Below are positions 25,781-35,963 of a DNA stretch of 55,105 nucleotides, piece after piece; position 1 is the first letter of the stretch, and every line of letters starts with the position of its first letter. Position numbers and translations under genes: made by a program. The notes under the pieces were generated by a model. It saw nothing but the letters and a program-made list of their open reading frames with translations. It did no database searches and was not told the DNA's origin. The stretch comes from Candidatus Shapirobacteria bacterium CG03_land_8_20_14_0_80_40_19. GTDB taxonomy: Bacteria; Patescibacteriota; Microgenomatia; UM-FILTER-40-11. The stretch lies in contig PEVD01000009.1 in NCBI GenBank assembly GCA_002780305.1, positions 1 to 55,105 of the forward strand. Reading direction: 5' to 3'.

Positions 25781-27976
25781 ATGAGTATTGTTACAAAAGA
25801 AATTGAGTTTGGCGGACGAAAACTACGTTTAGAAATCGGCCGGCTTGCTCCACAAGCAAACGCCAGCGTTATTGCGGAGTACGGGGAAACAATGGTTTTG
25901 GCGACGGTGGTTTCTTCTCCTCCCAAGGCAGATTTGGGTTATTTTCCTTTAAGTGTGGAATATGTTGAGAGACTTTATGCCGGCGGGAGGATAAAAGGAT
26001 CCCGTTGGGTAAAAAGAGAAGGACGACCAAGTGACGAAGCGGTTTTAATTGGTCGTTTGGTTGACCGCTCAATCAGACCATTATTCCCTAAAGATTTTAA
26101 CAACGAGGTTCAAGTAACCATAACGGTCTTATCGGTCGATACTGAAAACGACCCTGGTGTTTTGTCGGCGATTGCCACTTCGGCGGCGTTGTCTATTTCC
26201 AATATTCCTTGGAACGGACCAATCGGGACAACCAGAATCGGCTTGAAAGAGGGAACTTTTTTTGTTAATCCGGTTGAAAAAGAAAAAAGTTTCTCCGATC
26301 TGGATTTGATTGTTTCTTCAACTTCCGAAAGAGTGGTGATGGTTGAAGGCGGGGCGCAGGAAGTTCCCGAACCGCAGGTTTTTGAAGCCATAAAATTTGC
26401 TGAAAACGAAAACTTGAAATTAATAGATTTAATTACGGAATTACAAAAAGAAGCCGGCAAAACAAAACTTTCATTTAAAAGTGAGCCGTTGGATCCGGAA
26501 ATTAAGACTTTGGCTCAAAAATTCGTTAAAGAACAGATTGAAACGCTTTTTGATAAAAATAAAAAGGAAATGCCCGGAGGGGGCGACGTTGATGATCTAA
26601 AATTAGCTTTTTTGGAGTCTTTTGAAACAAAGAAAGATAAGGCAGGGAAAGCTTTTGAATATTATTGGAAAAAACTTTTCCGCGAAAAAGTGCTGGCCGG
26701 AAAAAGAATTGACGGAAGGAGTGCTCTTGAAGTCAGGCCGATCGAAATTGAAACGGGGGTTCTTCCCCGTACTCACGGAAGCGCCGTTTTTAAAAGAGGA
26801 CTAACTCAAGTTTTAACTGTGACGACCCTTGGGGCTCCTTCTCTGCAGCAGTTGATCGAAAGTGCCACCGGGGAAGAATCCAAAAGATATATTCATCATT
26901 ATTCGATGCCTCCTTATTCCATTGGTGAAGTGGGGAGAGTGGGGAATTTGTCCCGACGGGAAATCGGCCACGGCGCGTTGGCGGAGCGGGCGCTTGAACC
27001 GGTAATTCCAGCCGAAGATAAGTTTCCTTATACAATCAGGGTTGTTTCTGAAGTCATGTCTTCTAATGGTTCTACCTCTATGGCTTCAACCTGTGCCTCA
27101 ACCTTATCTTTGATGGATGCAGGCGTGCCGATTTCTTTTCCGGTTGCCGGAGTGGCGATGGGACTGGTTACCGGTGAAAAGGTAGGAGCAGAGGGGGATT
27201 TTGTGGTTTTAACCGATTTAGCTGGCATTGAAGATTTTAATGGCGATATGGATTTTAAGATTACCGGTACCGCCAAGGGAATTACCGCTGTTCAACTTGA
27301 CGTTAAGATTCCCGGATTGACGGATGAAATTATGAGCAAAACCTTAGATCAGGCAAAAGAGGGCAGGCTGTTTATTTTAGATAAAATGCTGGCGGTTTTA
27401 GACAAACCAAGGCAAAACATTTCTCAATACGCGCCAAGAGTAGCGGTTGTTCATGTTGACCCGGGTAAAATCGGAGAGGTTATCGGACCCGGAGGCAGAA
27501 TTATCCGTAAATTGATTGAACAGACCGGTTGTAATATTGAAGTTGATGATGACGGCTCGGTTAATATTTCCGGTACGGATGATGCTTCGGTTGCTTTGGC
27601 GATAGAACAAATTGGCGGTTTGACCGCGGAAGTAACGGTTGGTGAGACTTACGACGGTGAAGTTAAGAGAATTCAGCCTTTTGGCGCTTTTGTGGAAGTA
27701 TTACCGGGCAAGGAAGGCTTGGTCCATGTTTCCAAGATGGCGGCCGGCTTCATTAATAACCCGGAAGAGGTGGTCAGTTTAGGCCAGAAAGTTAAAGTTA
27801 AAGTCACCGAGATTGATGACCGGGGCAGAATAAATTTGACAATGCTGCTTAACGGTGAAAAAAAAGAAGAAGGGGGCAGTCAGCCAAGAAGGGATTATCG
27901 TCCCCAGAGACAAAATTTTCATCCTGCGGCTCCGTTTTCTTCTCATTTAATGCCCCGCTCCCGCTTTAGTCGTTAA
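25781..27976 (+). CDS. pnp: Polyribonucleotide nucleotidyltransferase (PNPase)
   Basis: Two RNase PH domains, a KH domain (GPGGRIIRKLIEQTG) and an S1 domain (GEVKRIQPFGAFVEV). Confidence 0.97.
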   Translation: MSIVTKEIEFGGRKLRLEIGRLAPQANASVIAEYGETMVLATVVSSPPKADLGYFPLSVEYVERLYAGGRIKGSRWVKREGRPSDEAVLIGRLVDRSIRPLFPKDFNNEVQVTITVLSVDTENDPGVLSAIATSAALSISNIPWNGPIGTTRIGLKEGTFFVNPVEKEKSFSDLDLIVSSTSERVVMVEGGAQEVPEPQVFEAIKFAENENLKLIDLITELQKEAGKTKLSFKSEPLDPEIKTLAQKFVKEQIETLFDKNKKEMPGGGDVDDLKLAFLESFETKKDKAGKAFEYYWKKLFREKVLAGKRIDGRSALEVRPIEIETGVLPRTHGSAVFKRGLTQVLTVTTLGAPSLQQLIESATGEESKRYIHHYSMPPYSIGEVGRVGNLSRREIGHGALAERALEPVIPAEDKFPYTIRVVSEVMSSNGSTSMASTCASTLSLMDAGVPISFPVAGVAMGLVTGEKVGAEGDFVVLTDLAGIEDFNGDMDFKITGTAKGITAVQLDVKIPGLTDEIMSKTLDQAKEGRLFILDKMLAVLDKPRQNISQYAPRVAVVHVDPGKIGEVIGPGGRIIRKLIEQTGCNIEVDDDGSVNISGTDDASVALAIEQIGGLTAEVTVGETYDGEVKRIQPFGAFVEVLPGKEGLVHVSKMAAGFINNPEEVVSLGQKVKVKVTEIDDRGRINLTMLLNGEKKEEGGSQPRRDYRPQRQNFHPAAPFSSHLMPRSRFSR

Positions 27977-28000
27977 CATTTCTTGTGGTATCATAAAATA

Positions 28001-29059
28001 ATGGCCGATACAAAAGAAGATTTTTATTTGGAAATTGAAAAGCTGGAACAAAAACTTGAGGCGGTTTCTTTACCCGACGACCTGAAGGAAAAGATTTCAC
28101 TGGCGATTAAAAGATTAAAACTGGCTTCGAAACTCGGTGATTACATCCGAAATTTTGAAGAGATTTCCCGCTATCTGGATTGGATTTGCGACCTTCCGTG
28201 GAATAAGAGAAGCGACGATATTTTAGATTTGGGCAGTGCCCGGGCGATATTGAACGAGAACCACTATGGTCTTATATCATTAAAAGAAAGAATTTTGGAG
28301 TATTTGGCGGTATTAAAACTGCAAAAGGAAAGATTGATCGAGAGAAAGCTGCGGGCGCCGATTTTGTGTTTAGTCGGCTTGGTGGGGACCGGGAAAACAA
28401 CGATGGCTTATTCAATTGCCAAAGCATTGGGCCGTAAATTTGCCCGAATTCCTTTTGGCGGGTTGGGAGATCCCGGTTTTTTGCGGGGCCGGCCGAAGAT
28501 GCTTGATCAGTCTGATCCGGGTCAAATAATTAAGGCTTTGAGGCATGCCGGCACTAAAAACCCGGTGATTTTACTTGACGAGGTTGACCGGGTGGTTGAG
28601 GAATCGCGGGCGACGATAATGGGTGTTTTGGTTGAACTGCTTGATCCGGAGCAAAATCAAAAGTTTACCGATTATTATATCGATTACCCGTTTGACTTAA
28701 GCGAAGTTTTGTTTATTGTGACTGCTAATAATACCACTAACATTTCAACCGCCGTTATGGATAGGCTCGAGCCGATGCAAATGCCTTCCTATAGCGACGA
28801 AGAAAAAACAACCATAGGGGAGAAATTTATTTTACCTAAGACCCTAAAAGCAATGGGTTTAACCAAAAGTGATTTGGAAATTGCGCCCGGTGTTTGGCCG
28901 AAAATTGTCCGACCGCTCGGGTTTGATGCCGGAGTCAGGACGCTGGAACGCAATATTTCTACGATCTGCCGGAGAGTAGCAAAAATGGTCGTCGGGGGTC
29001 AACGCGGCAAGATTGTGATAAACGAAGAGAATCTGAAAGATTTTTTACAAAGCTGGTAA
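28001..29059 (+). CDS. Lon-like AAA+ ATPase lacking both the LAN N-domain and the S16 protease domain
   Basis: Lon-type blocks: HYGLISLKERILEYLAV; Walker A GLVGTGKTT; Walker B VILLDEVDRV; TANN..ISTAVMDRLE; GVRTLERNISTICRRV. The ORF stops right at the AAA/protease boundary (..NEENLKDFLQSW*). An extended -10 (TGGTATCAT) lies 6 nt before the ATG. Confidence 0.7.
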   Translation: MADTKEDFYLEIEKLEQKLEAVSLPDDLKEKISLAIKRLKLASKLGDYIRNFEEISRYLDWICDLPWNKRSDDILDLGSARAILNENHYGLISLKERILEYLAVLKLQKERLIERKLRAPILCLVGLVGTGKTTMAYSIAKALGRKFARIPFGGLGDPGFLRGRPKMLDQSDPGQIIKALRHAGTKNPVILLDEVDRVVEESRATIMGVLVELLDPEQNQKFTDYYIDYPFDLSEVLFIVTANNTTNISTAVMDRLEPMQMPSYSDEEKTTIGEKFILPKTLKAMGLTKSDLEIAPGVWPKIVRPLGFDAGVRTLERNISTICRRVAKMVVGGQRGKIVINEENLKDFLQSW

Positions 29060-29077
29060 TAACGAATTTAAAATTTT

Positions 29078-29224
29078 AAATTTGAAATTTGAATTCAATT
29101 TTAAAAATATACGAATATTAAATTTTTAAACACAAAAATAATCGCGTAGATGTTTGGAAATTTAATCATTTAAAATTCCGTATATTTTGATTGTAAATTG
29201 TAAATTGTAAATTTCAAATTGAGA
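29078..29224. repeat. AT-rich spacer with 7-nt arrays (AAATTTG x2.5; TTGTAAA x3 plus TTTCAAA)
   Basis: aaatttgaaatttgaattcaatt at 29078-29100 and ttgtaaattgtaaattgtaaatttcaaattgag at 29191-29224. Confidence 0.85.
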
Positions 29225-29248
29225 TTGGCTTGTAAATAAGTTTAAATT

Positions 29249-29893
29249 GTGGAAAAAGAAGAGTTATTAAAAGAAGTTGATAAGAAAGTGGCTGCTTGCC
29301 GGAAATGTCCGCTTTATAAAACCGCTACCAATCCGGTTCCCGGAAACGGCAATTTTGAGGCGGAGATTATCTTTATCGGCGAAGCGCCTGGATTTCATGA
29401 GGATCAAAGAGGAATTCCTTTTTGCGGGGCGGCGGGAAAGCTTTTGGACCGGCTTTTATCCTCAATAGGATTGGACAGAAGTAAAGTTTACGTGGCCAAT
29501 ATGTTAAAGCACCGGCCCCCGAATAACCGTGATCCCAGTTTGGAAGAAATGGAAGCTTGCCGGGAATATTTAGATGAACAGATTAAAATTATTAACCCCA
29601 AAGCCATTGTCACTTTGGGCCGTTTTTCCATGGTGAAGTTTTATCCTTTCGGGAAAATTTCTGCCGACCACGGAAAAGGAAAAATTGTAGAATATAACGG
29701 TAGAAAGTATATCTTTATTCCAATGTATCATCCGGCGGCGGCCTTGCGGGCCGGCGCAGTTGACGCCCAGCTGCGGGAAGATTTTATTAAAATGCCGGAA
29801 GAAATTAAAAGATTGGAAAAGATCATCAATGGGGTGGTGGAGGTTCCTATTAAGCAAGAGGAGGAAAAAGAAGAACAATTAGGACTGATATAA
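29249..29893 (+). CDS. Uracil-DNA glycosylase, family 4
   Basis: CRKCPL (Fe-S Cys) and GEAPGFHEDQRGIPFCGAAGKLL. GTG start. Confidence 0.85.
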   Translation: MEKEELLKEVDKKVAACRKCPLYKTATNPVPGNGNFEAEIIFIGEAPGFHEDQRGIPFCGAAGKLLDRLLSSIGLDRSKVYVANMLKHRPPNNRDPSLEEMEACREYLDEQIKIINPKAIVTLGRFSMVKFYPFGKISADHGKGKIVEYNGRKYIFIPMYHPAAALRAGAVDAQLREDFIKMPEEIKRLEKIINGVVEVPIKQEEEKEEQLGLI

Positions 29894-29936
29894 CTTTGAT
29901 AATACTTATAAAAGTTATAAATATTATATTATTTTT

Positions 29937-31592
29937 ATGAAAAACTATTTGAAAATTATCTCGTTGGGCGGTTTTGGCAACGTGACTAAAAATATGTATG
30001 TTTACGAGACCGAAAAAGATATTATTATTGTTGACTGCGGGGTTGGTTTTCCCGAAGAGGAAATGCTGGGGGTTGATTTGGTGATTCCCGATATTTCTTA
30101 TTTACTCCCGAAGAAAGATAAAATTAGGGCTTTGTTTTTATCTCACGGACACGACGATCATATCGGTGCCTTGCCGTATCTTTTGCCCAAACTTCCAGAT
30201 AGGCTGCCGATTTTTGCTCCGCGCTGGGCGAAAGGATTGGTTGAGGATAAACTTTCCGAGTTTGGCATGATTCCTAACATTGAAGAAGTGACTGAAGGGA
30301 AAAGAGTTCGGGTTAGTGATTTCTCGGTAGAATTTATTAAAGTTACCCATTCAATTCCGGACACCCTTCATTTAATAATTGAAACTCCGATCGGCCGGAT
30401 TTATCACGCGGCGGATTTTAAGCTGGATTTAAGTCCGGTGATGGGTTCACCGGCCAATCAGGATTTAATCAGACAGGTGGGTGAAAAAGGAGTGCTCTGT
30501 TTGCTTTCCGATTGTTTAAATGCGGAGAATCTCGGTTTTACCCCGCCGGAAGCAAAACTGGAAGAGGTTTGGGAAAGAGAAATTAGTGATTGTCCGGGTA
30601 AATTCATGGTAACCACCATGTCTTCCAATATTTCCCGGCTTAAACAAGCAATTGATGTTTCTTTAAAACACGGCCGGAAGATTGTTCTGGTCGGCCGGTC
30701 AATTGAAAAAAATACCCTGCTGGCGCAAAAATTAAAATATTTTTCTTATCCGAAAGAGACGTTCATCCCCAAAAAAATCATTAACCGTTTTCCGCCAAAC
30801 AGCTTAACGTTGCTGGTTGCCGGCAGTCAAGGTCAAGTCGGATCCGCCATGGAAAGGCTGGTTAATGGAGAAATTGAAGAGATAAAAATAAAACCCGGCG
30901 ATAAAGTCGTTTTTTCTTCTGACAGTATTCCCGGCAATGAGATTCCGATATACAATCTGATTGATAATATTTACCGTCTTGGGGCAGAGGTGGCTTATTC
31001 AGATGCCAGCGGGCCGCTTCATGTCTCCGGTCATGGTTCACAGGGAGATTTAGGCAAATTGATGGAGCTTCTTAAACCAAAGTATTTGATCCCCATCGGC
31101 GGTAACTACCGACATATGGTTGCTTACCGGAGATTGGCGGAAAAAAACGGTTTTAAGCGCAATCAGGTAATTATTCTGGACGGCGGGAACACGGTCATTT
31201 TTAGGCAAGACGGCAGTTTGGATTTAAAAGAAAAAATTGCGGTTGGCCAGGTAATGGTTGACGCCCTAGGGGTGGGTGATGTCGGCAATGTAGTTCTTCG
31301 GGACCGTCAGATTTTGGCGGAAGAAGGGGTGGTGGTGGCGATATTACCGATCAGTCAGCAAAGTCATAAACTGGAAGACGAGCCGGAAGTTATCTCTCGC
31401 GGCTTTGTTTATATTAAAGAAAATTTTGAACTGCTTAATGAGGCCAGAGAGGGAGTTAAAAAAATGTTCAAGAGCCAAGGACTTTCGGATCATCGCTTGA
31501 TTCGGCAAAATGTTCAGGGCTTTTTGGAAAAATTCTTTTTTGACAAAACCGGCCGCCGGCCGATGGTTTTGGTGGTGATTATTGAGATATAA
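29937..31592 (+). CDS. rnj: Ribonuclease J (metallo-beta-lactamase/beta-CASP)
   Basis: LSHGHDDHIGALPYL. 551 aa with the typical RNase J layout. Confidence 0.9.
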   Translation: MKNYLKIISLGGFGNVTKNMYVYETEKDIIIVDCGVGFPEEEMLGVDLVIPDISYLLPKKDKIRALFLSHGHDDHIGALPYLLPKLPDRLPIFAPRWAKGLVEDKLSEFGMIPNIEEVTEGKRVRVSDFSVEFIKVTHSIPDTLHLIIETPIGRIYHAADFKLDLSPVMGSPANQDLIRQVGEKGVLCLLSDCLNAENLGFTPPEAKLEEVWEREISDCPGKFMVTTMSSNISRLKQAIDVSLKHGRKIVLVGRSIEKNTLLAQKLKYFSYPKETFIPKKIINRFPPNSLTLLVAGSQGQVGSAMERLVNGEIEEIKIKPGDKVVFSSDSIPGNEIPIYNLIDNIYRLGAEVAYSDASGPLHVSGHGSQGDLGKLMELLKPKYLIPIGGNYRHMVAYRRLAEKNGFKRNQVIILDGGNTVIFRQDGSLDLKEKIAVGQVMVDALGVGDVGNVVLRDRQILAEEGVVVAILPISQQSHKLEDEPEVISRGFVYIKENFELLNEAREGVKKMFKSQGLSDHRLIRQNVQGFLEKFFFDKTGRRPMVLVVIIEI

Positions 31593-31604
31593 TACCAATT
31601 TTTA

Positions 31605-32078
31605 ATGATTAAATTTTTAAATTTTAAAACAACGGTAAGATTTATTGTTTCAATTTTTGTTTGTCTTGCAGCGGGGTTGGTGGGGTCTATTTTTACCACA
31701 CCGGCGATTCCGGGATGGTATGCGACTTTGCAAAAACCAAGTTTTTCTCCGCCTAACTTCCTTTTTGCGCCAGTTTGGACAACTTTATATATTTTAATGG
31801 GGATTTCTTTGGCTTTGATTTTAAATAAAAAAAACAAAACGGCAATAATTTTCTTTGTAGTTCAGCTTGTTTTAAATTCTCTGTGGTCGATTTTGTTTTT
31901 TGGTCTTAAATCACCAAAATTGGCCTTTGTTGAAATTATATTTTTGTGGTTGGCTATTTTGATAACGATATTAAAATTTTTCAAAATATCCAAACTCGCC
32001 GGCTGGCTGTTTGTCCCCTATTTACTGTGGGTCTCTTTTGCTTCTTTTTTGAATTTAACGATTGTTAGATTAAATTAG
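31605..32078 (+). CDS. tspO: TspO/MBR family tryptophan-rich membrane protein
   Basis: PGWYATLQKPSFSPPNFLFAPVWTTLYILMG. 5 TM segments, 157 aa. Confidence 0.8.
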   Translation: MIKFLNFKTTVRFIVSIFVCLAAGLVGSIFTTPAIPGWYATLQKPSFSPPNFLFAPVWTTLYILMGISLALILNKKNKTAIIFFVVQLVLNSLWSILFFGLKSPKLAFVEIIFLWLAILITILKFFKISKLAGWLFVPYLLWVSFASFLNLTIVRLN

Positions 32079-32168
32079 GGATAAAACTGCCTCTTGATTA
32101 TTGTCTATTATTTTGGGTAATATTTGGGTAGCAAGATATTTAGTAAGCTGAGATAATAAGATAAATTT

Positions 32169-33749
32169 ATGAACGATCTTTTAACAATTTCCCAAGCTAG
32201 TGAGTGGGCAAGTCAGTATTTAAATAAGACTATTAGCTCTTCAAATATTTCCTATTTGATTCAATACGGAAAGATCAAGAAAATTGGTAGCAACGGCAGT
32301 ACCTGCGTTAATAAAAATGACCTAATTGCTTACTATCAATCTTTTTTTGGAAGGAGAGAAACTTCGTGGAAACAAAAATTGGGAGAAGATTTAAACTGGC
32401 ATTTATCATTTGACCAGCTTAGGGAAAAAGATACTACGAAACATGTTCACAGACTTCACCCTTATAAGGGCAAGTTTATTCCGCAATTGGTTGAATATTT
32501 TTTAGACGAAAAAATCGACGAGTTTAAAAAAGAGATTTATTTTCGAAAGGGAGACATTGTTTTGGATCCTTTTTGCGGCAGTGGCACGACTTTGGTTCAA
32601 GCAAGCGAGCTGGGGATTCACGCAGTAGGAATTGATGTTTCTGCCTTTAATGCGTTTATCAGCAATGTTAAGGTAGGCAAATATAATTTAAACAATCTGA
32701 CCGAAGAAATACAAGAAATAACTAAGCTGTTGAAAACTTTAGTGGAAGGTTCTGGGATTGCCGTTTTTGATTTTAAGCTAGCAGAGGAATTAAAAAAATT
32801 TAACGACAAATATTTTCCGGTTCCCGAATATAAATACAAATTAAGCAATCATCAAATTAATGAGGCTCAGTACAGTATAAAGTATGAAGAAGAATTCAAA
32901 AATCATTATTATCAATTGATAAACGAGTTTCAAATAGAACTTAAACAGTCCCAAAAAGAATCATTTCTTGATAAATGGTATTTAAAAAATATTAGAGAAG
33001 AAATCGAATTTGTCTTTAATTTAATTAAAAAGATACAGAATATAGAAACAAAGAAAGCTTTGGGGATAATACTGAGCAGAACGATTAGATCGTGCAGGGC
33101 GACAACTCATTCTGACTTAGCAACTTTGAAAGAGCCTGTAACAGCGCCGTATTATTGCCAAAAACACGGAAAGATTTGCAAGCCGCTTTTTTCAATTTTT
33201 GGGTGGTGGGAGAGATACGGTAATGACACTGTTTTCAGACTTGCCGAATTTAACAGGTTAAGAACGGACACTTTTCAATATTGTTTGTCGGGTGATTCAA
33301 GAATGATTGATATCTTTGGTGCTTTGGAAAAGAAAAACAGCCAATTTGCTAAGTTAGCTAAGCAGAAAAAGATAAAAGGAATTTTTTCCAGTCCACCCTA
33401 TGTCGGTTTGATTGATTATCACCAGCAGCATGCTTATGCGTATGATTTATTAGGTTTTAAAAGGAACGATGAGCTGGAAATAGGGCCTTTATTTAAAGGA
33501 CAGGGAGTTGAGGCAAGAAAAACATATATTGAGGGAATTTCTCAGGTTTTAATCAATTGCCGGAAATTTTTAGTTGATGATTTTGATATTTTTTTGGTTG
33601 CTAATGATAAATATAATTTATATCCAACGATTGCGGAGAAATCTAATTTAAAAATAGTCAAGCAATTTAAGCGGCCGGTTCTTAACAGAACAGAGAGAGA
33701 CAAAGGGGCGTATAGTGAAATTATATTTCATTTAAAGATAAAGGGGTGA
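32169..33749 (+). CDS. DNA amino-methyltransferase (N6-A or N4-C)
   Basis: HPYKGKFIPQLV...VLDPFCGSGTTLVQASELG (motifs X and I) near residue 140 and FSSPPYVGLIDY (motif IV) near residue 405, with about 260 aa between them. Followed at a 3-nt gap by a candidate endonuclease. Confidence 0.7.
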   Translation: MNDLLTISQASEWASQYLNKTISSSNISYLIQYGKIKKIGSNGSTCVNKNDLIAYYQSFFGRRETSWKQKLGEDLNWHLSFDQLREKDTTKHVHRLHPYKGKFIPQLVEYFLDEKIDEFKKEIYFRKGDIVLDPFCGSGTTLVQASELGIHAVGIDVSAFNAFISNVKVGKYNLNNLTEEIQEITKLLKTLVEGSGIAVFDFKLAEELKKFNDKYFPVPEYKYKLSNHQINEAQYSIKYEEEFKNHYYQLINEFQIELKQSQKESFLDKWYLKNIREEIEFVFNLIKKIQNIETKKALGIILSRTIRSCRATTHSDLATLKEPVTAPYYCQKHGKICKPLFSIFGWWERYGNDTVFRLAEFNRLRTDTFQYCLSGDSRMIDIFGALEKKNSQFAKLAKQKKIKGIFSSPPYVGLIDYHQQHAYAYDLLGFKRNDELEIGPLFKGQGVEARKTYIEGISQVLINCRKFLVDDFDIFLVANDKYNLYPTIAEKSNLKIVKQFKRPVLNRTERDKGAYSEIIFHLKIKG

Positions 33750-33752
33750 AAA

Positions 33753-34565
33753 ATGGCTTTAAATAAAGGTGTCAAAAACAGAATAGGTGAAGTCGCTAAA
33801 ACTATTCTATTAAGCAGAATAGAATCTTTTCCCGATGAAACAACCAAGATTAGAAATGCTCCTTTTCATAAGGCTTTTTTGGAATGTTTTGAGAATAGAA
33901 TCAAACCATTAAAAGTGGAACTACCTTACTTGGTAGCAATTGCCAGTTGGCTTCACGGATTAAATACTTCATTGGGTTCTGGTTTTGAAAATATTGCCCA
34001 TATTTTATCAGGAGGATGTAAGCGGAATTTTTCAGGGCATTATATTCTAAAAGTTAAAAAAACTCAGTCGCAAAAAATTGAAGAAATTGTTCGGGATTTG
34101 AAGACAAGAGGGAAGCCTAATTTGGAAAAAGAGAATGAAAAGATTTTTAAATTCAATTCGAGAGATATTGAAGTTAATTGTTTGCCGTTTACTGTTGATA
34201 ATTATTTCGAAACAGAAAAGTTAGTCGATGCGATTGAGATGAAGTCTGTTCGTCCAAACTCCGGCGAAGGTAGGGGGGAAAAACAAAAAATATTGTATGC
34301 AAAGTCCGCCCTAAAATTACTGACACCAAATAAGGTGATTCGTTATTATATTGGTTTTCCGTTTGACCCCACTTCTGATGAATCGACAAAATACGACAAG
34401 GAAAGGTTTTTTAATTATTTAATTGAATTTAAAAAATTCTTTTCTCCTGAAGAAGTATTATTGAGCAGTGAACTTTGGGATCATTTGAGCGGACAACAAA
34501 ATACAATGGAAGAAGTATTGGAAGTCATTTCCCAGACGGTAAAAGAGATAAAAATAAGCCCATGA
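33753..34565 (+). CDS. Putative type II restriction endonuclease partnered with the upstream methyltransferase (family not recognised)
   Basis: 270-aa ORF 3 nt after the MTase stop, same strand, same very AT-rich composition. No motif I can name with certainty. Confidence 0.4.
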   Translation: MALNKGVKNRIGEVAKTILLSRIESFPDETTKIRNAPFHKAFLECFENRIKPLKVELPYLVAIASWLHGLNTSLGSGFENIAHILSGGCKRNFSGHYILKVKKTQSQKIEEIVRDLKTRGKPNLEKENEKIFKFNSRDIEVNCLPFTVDNYFETEKLVDAIEMKSVRPNSGEGRGEKQKILYAKSALKLLTPNKVIRYYIGFPFDPTSDESTKYDKERFFNYLIEFKKFFSPEEVLLSSELWDHLSGQQNTMEEVLEVISQTVKEIKISP

Positions 34566-34734
34566 ATGCAGTAAAAATTTTACAATCTGCAGGATTAGAT
34601 CCAAGCGACGCCATTTTTTCTTTAGACAACAAGGAGGCAGTGGAAAGAAATGACATTTTCTTAGTGCGGTTTTCCACTTTTCGGTAGGTATTTTTAATTC
34701 CCTAAGGATTTTTGGTTGTGTTAAACTGGTTTTA

Positions 34735-35718
34735 ATGAGAAAAAATTTGTCTTCAATAATTTTAATTTTGTTATTCTCGATAGTTTGTGTCGCTTTGTAT
34801 TTTTATCTGCCGTCTTCTATAAAAACTCTGGATACAAAAATAAGCCAATCCAGTCCGGTTGTTTTAAGTGAAGAAAGATTAAATTTGATAAAAGATTATG
34901 GCGATCTTTTGGCAAAAGGTCTGCCCGAGTCTAACCCCCAGCTTTATTTTTATTGGTGGAGCAGTCAGAAAAAAATTTCCGATTTGCGGATAAAAAGAGC
35001 AATTGGGGAGATTAAAAACACAACCGTTAAAAATAAGGAAATAAAAGTTTGGAGTTTTTTGAATATGGGAGTAGTGATAAAAACAGACAAACATACTCTT
35101 GCTTTTGATACTGCCAATCTGCCCTTTTCTTTAGCGCACGACGAACTAATAAATTTGGTTGATATATTTTTAGTCAGCCACGGCGACGGAGATCATTTTG
35201 ATCCGATTTTACTTAAAAAAGTTCTTAAGCAAAATAAAAAAGTTGTTACTCTTAAAGGATTTTTTTCCTCTATTTTAAATTCTCCAAACGCGGTTAGTTT
35301 AACTAGCGGAGAAACGGTTGATATTAGCGGGGTTAAAATTACTGCTTTTCAGACTGATCACCGGGGAGACGGGAATTTTAACGAACCCAACGCTTGGTTT
35401 TTGGTTGAAGTTGATGGATTTAAAATACTTCATACCGGCGACGGCAGGGATTTTAAGGACAAGAGCGAGCAGGAAAAAGTTTATGCTATGAAAGATATTG
35501 ATATTTTACTGGGCAATATTCTGCTTCATCCCTACAACATCAGAGATCTTAAACCAAAAGTATTTATCCCTCTGCATTTATATAAATTTATGAGCGGTGG
35601 TGATTTATACCGGGAAAGCAGAATTGAAAAAGTTTTAGAAACTCACAATCAATATGCAAAAGACTTGAAAACAAGCAAGATAATTTATTTGCTTCCGGGA
35701 GAAAGTATTCTGTTATAA
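34735..35718 (+). CDS. Membrane-anchored MBL-fold metallo-hydrolase
   Basis: N-terminal TM segment. LVSHGDGDHFD (HxHxDH-like) and HTGDG. Confidence 0.65.
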   Translation: MRKNLSSIILILLFSIVCVALYFYLPSSIKTLDTKISQSSPVVLSEERLNLIKDYGDLLAKGLPESNPQLYFYWWSSQKKISDLRIKRAIGEIKNTTVKNKEIKVWSFLNMGVVIKTDKHTLAFDTANLPFSLAHDELINLVDIFLVSHGDGDHFDPILLKKVLKQNKKVVTLKGFFSSILNSPNAVSLTSGETVDISGVKITAFQTDHRGDGNFNEPNAWFLVEVDGFKILHTGDGRDFKDKSEQEKVYAMKDIDILLGNILLHPYNIRDLKPKVFIPLHLYKFMSGGDLYRESRIEKVLETHNQYAKDLKTSKIIYLLPGESILL

Positions 35719-35728
35719 ATTTTCTGTG

Positions 35729-35932
35729 TTAATATAATTTTCGATACCAACAGGAGATGATCAGCCAGGTGCCGTCTTCTTTTTGTCTGGCGATGACGCC
35801 GATTTCATAGTCTTTGTAATTTTTAATATAGCTTTTGCAATTCGGGATTGGCGACCATTCTTCCCGATCTGGCTTGTTAAACGCGTCCATCACCCCGCCT
35901 CTGTGCAGGCCATACTGGCCCATTTTACGCAA
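35729..35932 (-). CDS. Small hypothetical protein (possibly a DUF4258-like toxin remnant)
   Basis: 67 aa. ..VMDAFNKPDREEW...YEIGVIARQKEDGTWLIISCWYR resembles the C-terminal pattern of small toxin-like proteins. Weak call. Confidence 0.25.
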   Translation of the reverse strand: MRKMGQYGLHRGGVMDAFNKPDREEWSPIPNCKSYIKNYKDYEIGVIARQKEDGTWLIISCWYRKLY

Positions 35933-35963
35933 AGCATTATCAGTGACAATTACAGTTCCCCAT

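Noticed and set aside
29078-29224. CRISPR array
   Set aside because: The repeats are contiguous 7-nt units without spacers. No 24-40-nt repeat/spacer periodicity occurs anywhere in the window.
34475-34687. 70-aa ORF, and a 41-aa ORF from ATG 34562, after the putative endonuclease
   Set aside because: The first overlaps the endonuclease 3' end out of frame. The second is too short and has no motif. It is possibly debris.
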